From contig NZ_CP101943.1 of NCBI RefSeq assembly GCF_024508235.1, positions 1,561,112 through 1,585,111 of the forward strand: 24,000 nucleotides of DNA, in the 5' to 3' direction. The translations under genes and the position numbers were made by a program. Positions 1 to 7,916 of this stretch are shown piece by piece. The DNA comes from Halococcus qingdaonensis (GTDB taxonomy: Archaea > Halobacteriota > Halobacteria > Halobacteriales > Halococcaceae). Under the pieces are notes generated by a model that had not been told where the DNA came from, did not search any database, and saw only the letters and a list, made by a program, of their open reading frames with translations. Position 1 is the first letter of the stretch; each line of letters opens with the position of its first letter.

Positions 1-1
1 G

Positions 2-1675
2 CTCGTGATCAAGTCGGGGCTGCTCGCTGCGAGCGTGCCGATGCTCTGGATCCTCGCGCGCAGCCACATCGAGAGCGACCGGCTCGCAGGGCTGCTGACG
101 GCCTCGTACGCGCTCAACCCGTTTCTCTGGTCGGCGTGGCTGTTCGACTTCCAGGAGCAGATCCTCCTGCCCCTGCTGATCTTCGCGGCCTACTACACCT
201 ACTCCGAACGGCGCTACATCGCCTTCCTCGCCTTCCTCACGCTCGTGCTGTTCACCAACGAGTTCACGACAATCCTCGTCGGCGGCTTCCTCGTCGGGCT
301 CGTCGTGGTCTCGTTTCGCGGGGGCCGACTCCGGCGCGAGGCCCCGTACATCGGCATCGCGTTCGGCATCCTCGTGGCCGTGCGGATGATCTCGGGGTGG
401 GCCATCGGCCAGTACACGGATGCCTCGGGGCTGCCGACGGACGTGATCGCGGCCCCGCTTCAGCCGTTCGTCGAAGGGTCGCGAGTGGGGATCGGGCAGC
501 TGGTCACGATCGTGCTCGGCAATCCCGAGCTCATCATCGACTCGGTCTCGGTCGCGATCTTCGACAAGGTGGTCTATCTCGTACTCCTCCTCCTGCCCGT
601 GCTCTTCCTCGCGGTCGCCGACGAGCTCACGCTCGGGTCGCTGATCCCCTTCATCGGCTTCGCGTGGGTGTTCGCCGGCCGCGACGTCTACTACACCTTC
701 GGCGCACACTACCCGCTCTACCTGCTGCCGTTCGTCTACATCGGCGCGGTGCGCGTGCTCGCACGCATCGACACCAGCGAGATCGTCGACACCGAGAGCG
801 CGCGTGCCTCGGCACGAACGGTGTTGTCGGGACTGCTCGCGCTCGTGCTAGTGGTGAACCTCGCAGTCGGGGTCGCCATCGGCGCGGAGAAAAACGCCGT
901 GCCAGGCACGAACGACCACACGGAGATGCTGGAGGAGGGCATCGACACGGTGCCCGACAACGCCTCGCTGCTCACGCAGAACGACGTCTTCCCCCACGTC
1001 GCCGAGCGACCGAACGCGACCTTCAGCGCCAACCGGACGCTGTTCTACCGGTATCAGCGCAACAACCAGAAGCCGACACCCGAGTATATCCTCCTCGATA
1101 CGAAGCTCGAAACGCAGGGCGTCGAGTGGGCGCAGCCGGTCAGGACGACCTACGCCGAGCAGTTCGGAAAAGAGTACGGACTCGCGCGCTACGACGACGA
1201 GGTATGGGTGTTCAAACGTGGCTACAACGGCTCACCCGACGGAATCCGCGGGAACTACACCGTCGAGCCGCGCACGTACGAGCTGGACGACTTCATCCCG
1301 AACGACGCGCTGCGGATCGACGGCCAGCTAGTCGGCTCCGGCGGCGGTGAGAGCACCTACTACTGGTACGGTCCGGGCACGATGTTGCCGCCCGGCGAGT
1401 ACGTGGCGACCTTCCGGGTCAACGCGACCAGTGCCGGCGAGCAGCCGGTCGCGAACCTCGAGGTCGCCGCGGGCACCACGCCCAGACCGGTCGCGAGCCA
1501 GAACGTCACGGACACTGACGGCCTCGAAACGGTCACCGTCCCGTTCACGCTCGATCGGATGCACTCGAACGTCGAGTTCCGCGCCTCGCAGGCCGGCGGC
1601 GCGGGACGGCTCGCGCTCGAAAACGTCACCGTCCAGTCGGCCTCGGGGCCGAACAGCAGTAGGGGCGCGAACTGA
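2..1675 (+). CDS. Polytopic membrane protein, 5'-truncated by the window edge. DUF2079/GT-C-like with an extracytoplasmic C-terminal domain.
   Basis: The frame is open from the first base of the window, and the track ORF 5..1675 starts at an internal GTG. The first ~290 aa hold many hydrophobic segments. The remaining ~250 aa are soluble and acidic with several N-X-S/T sequons (NASL, NATF, NRTL, NGSP, NYTV, NATS, NVTD, NVTV, NSS). Third codon positions are G/C-rich. The family name is from memory of similar haloarchaeal proteins and is not verified. Confidence 0.6.
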   Translation, partial: LVIKSGLLAASVPMLWILARSHIESDRLAGLLTASYALNPFLWSAWLFDFQEQILLPLLIFAAYYTYSERRYIAFLAFLTLVLFTNEFTTILVGGFLVGLVVVSFRGGRLRREAPYIGIAFGILVAVRMISGWAIGQYTDASGLPTDVIAAPLQPFVEGSRVGIGQLVTIVLGNPELIIDSVSVAIFDKVVYLVLLLLPVLFLAVADELTLGSLIPFIGFAWVFAGRDVYYTFGAHYPLYLLPFVYIGAVRVLARIDTSEIVDTESARASARTVLSGLLALVLVVNLAVGVAIGAEKNAVPGTNDHTEMLEEGIDTVPDNASLLTQNDVFPHVAERPNATFSANRTLFYRYQRNNQKPTPEYILLDTKLETQGVEWAQPVRTTYAEQFGKEYGLARYDDEVWVFKRGYNGSPDGIRGNYTVEPRTYELDDFIPNDALRIDGQLVGSGGGESTYYWYGPGTMLPPGEYVATFRVNATSAGEQPVANLEVAAGTTPRPVASQNVTDTDGLETVTVPFTLDRMHSNVEFRASQAGGAGRLALENVTVQSASGPNSSRGAN

Positions 1676-1704
1676 CGGTTCGGCCGTATCGAATGCGGAA
1701 GCTG

Positions 1705-1709
1705 TTTTT
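1705..1709 (+). terminator. Oligo-T run (TTTTT) 30 nt after the stop of the upstream gene. Candidate archaeal intrinsic terminator.
   Basis: gctgTTTTTcgtcc is the only T5 run in this GC-rich spacer. Archaeal RNAP is known to terminate at oligo-T tracts. Confidence 0.3.
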
Positions 1710-1732
1710 CGTCCAAGCACCGAGGAGTGAGT

Positions 1733-3151
1733 ATGCGCGAGGAAGTGCGAGCGTACTGCCGAGCCGTCGTGTCGCGCTCGCGGCGGTTCGAGCGGCGGGA
1801 GTTCCACGAGTTCCGCCGCTGGCTGGAGAGCACGCGAAACCTCGTCCATCTGTCGGTCGTGCTGTTCGTCCCGCTGCTGGTCGGGCTGGTGACGCTCGTT
1901 GCGAACACGACGAACCTCTCCTTTCTGCTCTTCCCGCCGCTGGCCTCCGGGGCATACCTACTCTTCGCCCACCCCGAGGAGCGCTACTCGTCGCCGCTAC
2001 GGTTCGTCGCGGGGCTGACCGTCGGCGCGCTGTGTGGCTGGCTCGCCATCGAGCTGACGGGCTGGCTGTTCTACGCCGGCGGTCCCGGATCGATCCACGC
2101 TCCCAGCGCGGCGCTCGCGATGTTGCTCACGGGCGCGGCGACGTGGGCGTTCAGCATCGAGGAGCCCGCGGCGTTCTCGACGGCGCTGCTCGCGGTCGTC
2201 GACGACGCACCGGGGTTCAGCTACGTACTCAGCATCGCCGTGTCGAGCCTGCTCGTCGCTGGCGTGTTCGTCCTCTGGCATCGGCGTGTCTACCGCCACC
2301 GGGCGCGCTATCTCTACCAGTCGACCAAGGGTGACGACCACGTCCTCGTGCCGATGCGCGGCGATCACGCCGACGCGACCGCGTCCTTCGGCGCGCGCAT
2401 CGCCGCCGCCCACGACGCCGGGAAGGTCGTTCTGCTCGATATCGTCGAGTCGCCCGAGGACGTCGCCACCGACGGCGGGACGGACATGGAAGTATCGACG
2501 GCGACGAAGACCCACGCCAGCCATCTGGAATCGTACGCCGAGCGGATCGAGGAGACGATGGACGTGCCCTGCGAAGTGGTCGTCATCGAGCGCGGGGCGG
2601 AATCACCCGCGACGACGGCGCTCGGTGCCGCCCGCGAGGCCAACTGCGATCTCATCGTGACGCCGTACGAGCGCGCCGACGGCCGCACCGCCTCGTTCGT
2701 CACCTCGCTCTTCCGGACCGACATGGACGTGATCGCCCACCGTTCGGCCGACGGCCGCACCGACTGGTCGCGGGTGCTCGTCTCCGTCCGGCGCGCGAGC
2801 GACGTCGCCCACAGCATGCTCGATTTCGCCTGCCGGCTCACCGGCCGGTCGGGCAAGGTGAGCCTCTGTCACTGCATCGACAGCGAGTACGAACGCCGCG
2901 ACGCCGAGAGCATGCTCGCCGAACTCGTCGAGACGTTCTCCGAGCGGATCGAAACCCGCGTCGCTCACGGCCCGATCGAGGAGTTCCTCGCCGACGCCTC
3001 GTCGCGTCAGAACCTCCTCATGCTCGGCGCGAGCGCCGACCGCAGCGCCGTCTCGCGGCTGCTCTCGCCGGCGACCTTCCAGCGCCTCCACGATATCGAG
3101 TGTGACGTCGCCATCGTCGATCGGCGTTACCGGCCGCTCGAACGGGAGTAG
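1733..3151 (+). CDS. HPP-family membrane domain fused to two universal-stress-protein (USP)-like domains
   Basis: The N-terminal ~190 aa have 4-5 TM segments, including FLLFPPLASGAYLLFAHP, which is typical of HPP proteins. The C-terminal ~280 aa have two alpha/beta repeats with USP-like strands (HVLVPMRGD..., RVLVSVRRASD..., LLMLGAS...AIVD). I prefer the ATG at 1733 over the track GTG at 1727 because GGAGTGA (SD-like) sits 5-6 nt upstream of it. Confidence 0.75.
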   Translation: MREEVRAYCRAVVSRSRRFERREFHEFRRWLESTRNLVHLSVVLFVPLLVGLVTLVANTTNLSFLLFPPLASGAYLLFAHPEERYSSPLRFVAGLTVGALCGWLAIELTGWLFYAGGPGSIHAPSAALAMLLTGAATWAFSIEEPAAFSTALLAVVDDAPGFSYVLSIAVSSLLVAGVFVLWHRRVYRHRARYLYQSTKGDDHVLVPMRGDHADATASFGARIAAAHDAGKVVLLDIVESPEDVATDGGTDMEVSTATKTHASHLESYAERIEETMDVPCEVVVIERGAESPATTALGAAREANCDLIVTPYERADGRTASFVTSLFRTDMDVIAHRSADGRTDWSRVLVSVRRASDVAHSMLDFACRLTGRSGKVSLCHCIDSEYERRDAESMLAELVETFSERIETRVAHGPIEEFLADASSRQNLLMLGASADRSAVSRLLSPATFQRLHDIECDVAIVDRRYRPLERE

Positions 3152-3161
3152 AAATCGAGGA

Positions 3162-3236
3162 AGCCGGTGGGGGGATTTGAACCCTCGGCCTAATCCTTAC
3201 GAAGGATTCGCTCTAGCCAGTCTGAGCTACACCGGC
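3162..3236 (-). tRNA. tRNA-Thr, anticodon CGU
   Basis: The reverse complement folds by hand into a cloverleaf: acceptor GCCGGTG/CACCGGC; D arm GCTC-AGACTGGCTA-GAGC; anticodon arm AATCC-TTCGTAA-GGATT (anticodon CGT); variable AGGCC; T arm GAGGG-TTCAAAT-CCCCC. The T stem has one A:C mismatch. The discriminator is U and CCA is not encoded. Confidence 0.9.
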
Positions 3237-3261
3237 CTGCTTCCAACTGCGCCGACGAACG

Positions 3262-3267
3262 GTATAA
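3262..3267 (-). promoter_or_regulatory. TATA-like box (TTATAC on the minus strand) about 29 nt upstream of the tRNA-Thr 5' end
   Basis: This is an AT-rich hexamer in a GC-rich spacer, at canonical archaeal TATA distance from the mature 5' end. Confidence 0.4.
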
Positions 3268-3300
3268 TCGTTGCGAATCGCCGTGATCGACTGCCATCGA

Positions 3301-4278
3301 TCAGGCACGGAGTCGCACGTCGAGGCAGACGTTCAGCTCGTGGGGCGCGTACGAGCGCACCGACTGACGGCTCTCGATCGTGACCTCGTGCTCCTCGGCG
3401 GCCGCGCGGATCGCGCGCTCGCCGGGCCCGTAGGGATCCGACTCGTGCTGGATGTCGTAGTAGTGGAGCAGGCAGTCGTCGCTCGCGAGGCGCACCGCCG
3501 CATCGAGGAACTCGTCGGCGCTGTGGGGCAGGTTCATCACGAGCCGGTCGGCCCAGCCCTCGTACTCCTCGGCGACCGTGCGCACGTCGCCCTCGATGGC
3601 CATGATTCGCTCCGCGACGTCGTTGCGCCGCGCGTTCTCGCGAAGATAGTCGACGGCCACCGGATTCAGATCGACGGCGACGACTTCCGCCCCGCGCTTG
3701 GCCGCCGGGATCGCGAACGGGCCGACACCGGCGAACATGTCGACCACTCGCTCGCCCGCCGCGATTTTCTCGGTCACACGGTGGCGCTCGGTCGCCAGCC
3801 GAGGCGAGAAATACACCTCGGCGATGTCGAGGGCGAACTCGCAGCCGTACTCGCGATGGACGGTTTCGGTGCTGCCGCCGGCGAGGTGGTCCCACTCGCG
3901 GGTGCGGAACTCGCCGGTGACCTTCGAGGCACGGTTCAGCACCGTCTCGACGGGAAGCGCCGACTCCATCACCGCCGCCGCGATCCGCTCGGCGCGTTCG
4001 GGATCGGCCTCGTCGACGAGCACGACGTCGCCGAGGCGCTCGTAGGTCGGCTCGAACCCGAGGATATCGGCGGGCATGTCCTGCGTCTCGCGTGCCGGTG
4101 CGTCGTGCGTGACGACCGCGTACTCGTCGGGAACCGCTTCGCTGTCGGTGACGGGGATGAAGATCTTCCCATCGACGACGGTGATCTCGTGGTCGCGATC
4201 GACGAGGTCGCGCTCGGCGAGTGCCGCCCGCACGGCTTCGCCGTTCTCGCGCGCGGCGCGGACGCACGGCAGTTCCAT
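3301..4278 (-). CDS. trm5: tRNA (guanine37-N1)-methyltransferase, Trm5 / Met-10+ family class I SAM methyltransferase
   Basis: Contains the SAM-binding motif VVDMFAGVGPFAIPAAKRG followed by VVAVDLNP, and the catalytic-region motif VMNLPHSA (NLP motif of Trm5/Taw22). Length is 325 aa with acidic composition. Confidence 0.85.
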   Translation of the reverse strand: MELPCVRAARENGEAVRAALAERDLVDRDHEITVVDGKIFIPVTDSEAVPDEYAVVTHDAPARETQDMPADILGFEPTYERLGDVVLVDEADPERAERIAAAVMESALPVETVLNRASKVTGEFRTREWDHLAGGSTETVHREYGCEFALDIAEVYFSPRLATERHRVTEKIAAGERVVDMFAGVGPFAIPAAKRGAEVVAVDLNPVAVDYLRENARRNDVAERIMAIEGDVRTVAEEYEGWADRLVMNLPHSADEFLDAAVRLASDDCLLHYYDIQHESDPYGPGERAIRAAAEEHEVTIESRQSVRSYAPHELNVCLDVRLRA

Positions 4279-4344
4279 GCCCGCAGTCGCCGCCGGGCCG
4301 GCCTAAGCGTGGCGTTTCGATGCGATGACCGACGGTGCGAGTCG

Positions 4345-4350
4345 TTTAAT
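4345..4350 (+). promoter_or_regulatory. TATA-like box TTTAAT about 26 nt upstream of the dph5 ATG. Suggests a leaderless transcript.
   Basis: gtcgTTTAATccgcc is the only AT hexamer in the 95-bp divergent spacer. The distance fits TSS = start codon, which is common in haloarchaea. Confidence 0.45.
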
Positions 4351-4373
4351 CCGCCTGCCGCCCGAGGCGGGCC

Positions 4374-5129
4374 ATGCTCACCTTCGTCGGGCTCGGTCTC
4401 TACGACAAGCGCTCGATCACGGTCGAGGGCCGGGAAGCGCTCCGGGACGCCGATCGTGTCTTCGCCGAGTTCTACACCAGCCGGCTCGTCGGGACCACGA
4501 TTGAGGAACTCGAAACCCATCACGGGGTCGCCATCGACGTCCGCGATCGAGCGGGCGTCGAACAGGAGCCGGCACCGGTCCTAGATGCGGCCGAAGCGGG
4601 TTCGGCAGTGTTTCTCGTCGCCGGTGATCCGATGGTCTCGACGACACACACTGACCTCCGGCTTCGTGCCCACGAACGCGACATCGAGACACGCATCATC
4701 CACGGAACGACCGCCCAGACCGCCGCGGGCTCGCTCACTGGCCTCCAGAACTACCGCTTCGGCAAGGCGACGACGATCCCCTTCGCCTACCGTGATCGGC
4801 CGATACCCGAAAGCGTCGTCGAAACGATCGAAGCCAACCGCGAGCGCGGGCTCCACACGCTCTGCTATCTCGATATCAAGGCTGCCGAGGGGCGATACAT
4901 GAGCGCCGATGTCGCCGCTGCGCGGCTCGCACCCGAAATCGACGGGTTGGGAGTGGTCGTTGCCCGTGCCGGCAGTCCCGATCCGCTCGTGGTCGCCGAC
5001 CGACTGTCTGCGCTCGCGGAGGGTGCGTTCGGCGACCCACTCCACCTGCTCGTGCTTCCGGGTGAACTCCATCACCTCGAACGCGACGCGCTCGAAGCGC
5101 TCGCGGACGCACCGCCCGAGCTACTCTGA
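4374..5129 (+). CDS. dph5: Diphthine synthase (tetrapyrrole-methylase fold)
   Basis: The N-terminus MLTFVGLGLYDKRSITVEGREALRDADRVFAEFYTS is the characteristic Dph5/DphB start. Also has VAFLVAGDPMVSTTH-type and LHLLVLP motifs. Length is 251 aa. Confidence 0.9.
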   Translation: MLTFVGLGLYDKRSITVEGREALRDADRVFAEFYTSRLVGTTIEELETHHGVAIDVRDRAGVEQEPAPVLDAAEAGSAVFLVAGDPMVSTTHTDLRLRAHERDIETRIIHGTTAQTAAGSLTGLQNYRFGKATTIPFAYRDRPIPESVVETIEANRERGLHTLCYLDIKAAEGRYMSADVAAARLAPEIDGLGVVVARAGSPDPLVVADRLSALAEGAFGDPLHLLVLPGELHHLERDALEALADAPPELL

Positions 5130-6095
5130 ACTGTCGGTTTCGGTGACGCCACCGTCGGCGCGAACCGTCGTCCCGAGCGCATCCTGGAGGTCGTACTCCG
5201 TGCCGGTGGCCATGAACAGCACGTCCTCGATGACGACCATGATCTCGGGCAGTTCGCGGACGACGACCCACGTGATGGCGACGAGCGCCAGCACCGAGAG
5301 GCTCTGGGCGAGGATCCGATCGACGACGAAATACGAGACCTTGTAGGGATCGCTCGCGCCGAACAGCCCCATCACGACGTCGGGAAAGACGTGGAACTTC
5401 TGGAGGCCGAAGCCGAGTCCGATGAGGACGTTGCGGACGAGGTTCAGCGCGTAGATCACCGGGATCGAGACGGCGAGCGCGCGGAACTTGCGCGAGAGCG
5501 GGGCCGACGTCGCAGCGATCAGCCCGCCGAAGATGGCCATGCTGCCGATGCCCGTGCAGGCAATCAGGATGGTGTAGGTGATCGTGTGGCCGCCGTCGGC
5601 GAACCAGAACGTGCTCTGATAGGCGGGATAGGTCCCGTCCGGCACCATCGCACCCGAGACGACCGTCGGCTCCGCGCCGATGAGTTCCATCAAGAAGGCG
5701 GTCTGGCTCGTCACGCTCTCGATGAGGAATTGCTGGAGCGCGGTGATCGTCTCGAACGGGAAGAAGATGATACCCATCGCGGCGATCGCCCGCGAGAGCA
5801 CGAACAACGAGTCGCGGCCACGGGCGAGCAGGAGGCCCGCATACATGCTCGCCGGAATTGCCACGAGCACCCCGATCCCCTCGATGAAGCTCTTCTGGAC
5901 GAACGCGAAGTGATGGAACACCGAGAGCCAGAAGACGGCGAACAGCAGCCACGCGGCGACTGTCACCGACCGGGCGAAGCGGCTGTCGCGCCACGAGAGC
6001 ACGCCACCGGCGCTGAAGGCGAGCACGGACAGCCACGCCAGCGGATCGGAGAACTGGCCGAACCACGCGAGAGCGGCGAGCAGCCCGTCGATCAT
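5121..6095 (-). CDS. artA: Archaeosortase A (PGF-CTERM-specific)
   Basis: A 324-aa polytopic membrane protein. It has the exosortase/archaeosortase active-site Cys context ILIACTGIGSMAIFGG, the conserved Arg in LVRNVLIG, and a downstream His (KFHVFPD). It lies next to a PGF-CTERM protein. Confidence 0.85.
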   Translation of the reverse strand: MIDGLLAALAWFGQFSDPLAWLSVLAFSAGGVLSWRDSRFARSVTVAAWLLFAVFWLSVFHHFAFVQKSFIEGIGVLVAIPASMYAGLLLARGRDSLFVLSRAIAAMGIIFFPFETITALQQFLIESVTSQTAFLMELIGAEPTVVSGAMVPDGTYPAYQSTFWFADGGHTITYTILIACTGIGSMAIFGGLIAATSAPLSRKFRALAVSIPVIYALNLVRNVLIGLGFGLQKFHVFPDVVMGLFGASDPYKVSYFVVDRILAQSLSVLALVAITWVVVRELPEIMVVIEDVLFMATGTEYDLQDALGTTVRADGGVTETDSSE

Positions 6096-6120
6096 TTGTC
6101 GACCCTACGACGATCGGCAG

Positions 6121-6126
6121 TATAGG
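6121..6126 (-). promoter_or_regulatory. TATA-like box (aaaaCCTATActg on the minus strand) about 28 nt upstream of the artA ATG
   Basis: This is the only AT-rich element in the 45-bp gap between the glycoprotein stop and the artA start. The spacing fits a leaderless transcript. Confidence 0.4.
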
Positions 6127-6140
6127 TTTTGCCGTTGGCC

Positions 6141-7916
6141 TCAGTGCCGCCGCCACGCCAGCCCGGCCAGCGAGAGCGCGAGCAGCGCGGCGACGATCCC
6201 GAACCCGGGACCGCTCCCGTCGGTCGTCCCGTTCGTACCGGTCGCCGTCGCTGCCGTGGTTCCCGACGCGGTGTCGGCGGTGGTCGTTTCGACGGTCGTC
6301 GTCTCGACGATCGTCAACCGCGCGCCCGTGGTGACGGCGCTACCATTGGCGGTGTACGGCCCGTCCTCGCCTCCGTTGGAGCTGCTGAAGTCGTACACCT
6401 GATTGTCGTTGCTGTCGGTATGGGCCATCACGACGACGCGCGTGTCTTCGGCCAGCGGCTCGGAGAGCGAGACGGTGACGTTCTCGGTGGTGCCGTTTTC
6501 GAGGTAGCTCGACGCGCCGAGGACGCTTCCCAGCGGGTCCGACGAGGCGTTCGCCGCGTGGACCACGACGAAGCCGCCGTCGGGCAGCGTCGCGTTCCTG
6601 ATCGTCACCGTTTCGCCGGTGGTGGTCTGGTCGGGGACCGCGAGCGCTGCGGTGCCGTTGGGCGGGCCGCCCGGCCGATACGGACCGACGGTCGTGTTCA
6701 TCCGGTCACCGGTGCCGAGCGGCCCCTCGGCCCGCACGGTGACCGTGCTCCGGGGCGCGACCGACGAGAGGTTGAACGAGGTGTCGAACGAGCCGTTCGG
6801 CTTCACCCGCGTCGTGTTGGTCTTGACGATCGAACTGCTGCCGTTGCGTTGGATGCGGACCGTCACCTCGCTACCGGGCGCGACGCTCGTCGTGCCCGAG
6901 ATGGTCTGGTTCGGACCGGCGACCAGCGACGGGTCGGCGAGACCGACCTCGGTGCCGACGAACGTGACGTTCGCACTCACCGACTCGTCGGCGTCCGCGA
7001 GCGTGCTCTCGCCGTCGATGGCGAGCGTGCTCTCGAAGCGATCGCCGGCCGAGAGCGTTCCGTTGTCGAACACTGCCGCCCTCGTATCGACGTTGACGTA
7101 GAGCACGTCGTTGCGCGGGTCGGGCACCACGCGGATCGAGTCGTTCGCGAGGCTTCGGTTCAGATCGAGGCGTTTCGGCGGGCGGTTCGTCGACGGGTTC
7201 GTCTGCACCATGCTGAAATCGAGCGCGCCACTGCGGAGCAGTTCCGTGACGTTCGAGACCGCGAGCGCGCCGTAGACCCCCGAGAGCTTGACCTGATTGA
7301 CTGACACGTCGCCGACGGCGACCGAATCGGAGGCGGTGATGCGGCCGTTGTCGACGGCGGCGGCGACCTCGCTCGCGTTCGTCGCGTTGTCGAAGGTCGC
7401 CGCTGGTGCGGTCCAGGTGATGAGCTCGCCGGCCGTGCGCTCGGTGAGCGCGAGCGTGGCCGTGTCGGTCCGCCGGTCGTCGACCGCCACCGAGAGGTTG
7501 TACTGACTCGTCTCCAGCGGGCTATCGAGCGGGGCGGTCGATCGGTTCGTGCCGACGACCGCATCGCCCGCGGTGGCTCCGTACACCGGGTTGTCGGTGT
7601 CCAGACCGGCGATGTACGTGTTCATCAACAGCGTCACACGCCCGTCACCGTTACTGTCGTTGACGGTGACGTTCGCCGCGTAGTTGACCGCCTCGCTGCC
7701 GACCGAGACGGTCGCGTTCGTCGTCCCGGAGAGATCGAGTTCGATCGCGGCGATGTCGCCGCGCTGTTCGGTCACCGTCGACTGATTGAACGATGCCGTC
7801 GGGCGGTCGGTCGCATTGCCGACATCCTGTGCCGCCGCTGGCATCGCACCGACGAACGCGGCGAGAACCACGACCACCACGAGGATGAGTCCGGGGCGGT
7901 CGTTCACGGTCGCCAC
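6141..7916 (-). CDS. Secreted PGF-CTERM-anchored surface glycoprotein (S-layer-like, with a C-terminal DUF7282-like beta domain)
   Basis: The N-terminal signal peptide is LILVVVVVLAAFVGAMPAAAQD. I count about 27 N-X-S/T sequons by hand. A Thr-rich linker (VETTTVETTTADTASGTTAATATGTNGTTDG) precedes GSGPGFGIVAALLALSLAGLAWRRH, which is PGF plus a TM segment plus a basic tail. The start is GTG at 7916; the in-frame GTG at 7907 is an alternative. Confidence 0.9.
   Translation of the reverse strand: MATVNDRPGLILVVVVVLAAFVGAMPAAAQDVGNATDRPTASFNQSTVTEQRGDIAAIELDLSGTTNATVSVGSEAVNYAANVTVNDSNGDGRVTLLMNTYIAGLDTDNPVYGATAGDAVVGTNRSTAPLDSPLETSQYNLSVAVDDRRTDTATLALTERTAGELITWTAPAATFDNATNASEVAAAVDNGRITASDSVAVGDVSVNQVKLSGVYGALAVSNVTELLRSGALDFSMVQTNPSTNRPPKRLDLNRSLANDSIRVVPDPRNDVLYVNVDTRAAVFDNGTLSAGDRFESTLAIDGESTLADADESVSANVTFVGTEVGLADPSLVAGPNQTISGTTSVAPGSEVTVRIQRNGSSSIVKTNTTRVKPNGSFDTSFNLSSVAPRSTVTVRAEGPLGTGDRMNTTVGPYRPGGPPNGTAALAVPDQTTTGETVTIRNATLPDGGFVVVHAANASSDPLGSVLGASSYLENGTTENVTVSLSEPLAEDTRVVVMAHTDSNDNQVYDFSSSNGGEDGPYTANGSAVTTGARLTIVETTTVETTTADTASGTTAATATGTNGTTDGSGPGFGIVAALLALSLAGLAWRRH
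6144..6218 (-). other. PGF-CTERM sorting signal (archaeosortase A recognition, cleavage and lipidation region)
   Basis: The last 25 codons encode GSG-PGF-GIVAALLALSLAGLAW-RRH. Confidence 0.9.

Noticed and set aside
6283-6312. A short tandem DNA repeat encoding VETTT-VETTT in the glycoprotein stalk
   Set aside because: There are only two imperfect 15-nt units. It is explained by the low-complexity Thr-rich linker, not by a separate repeat element.
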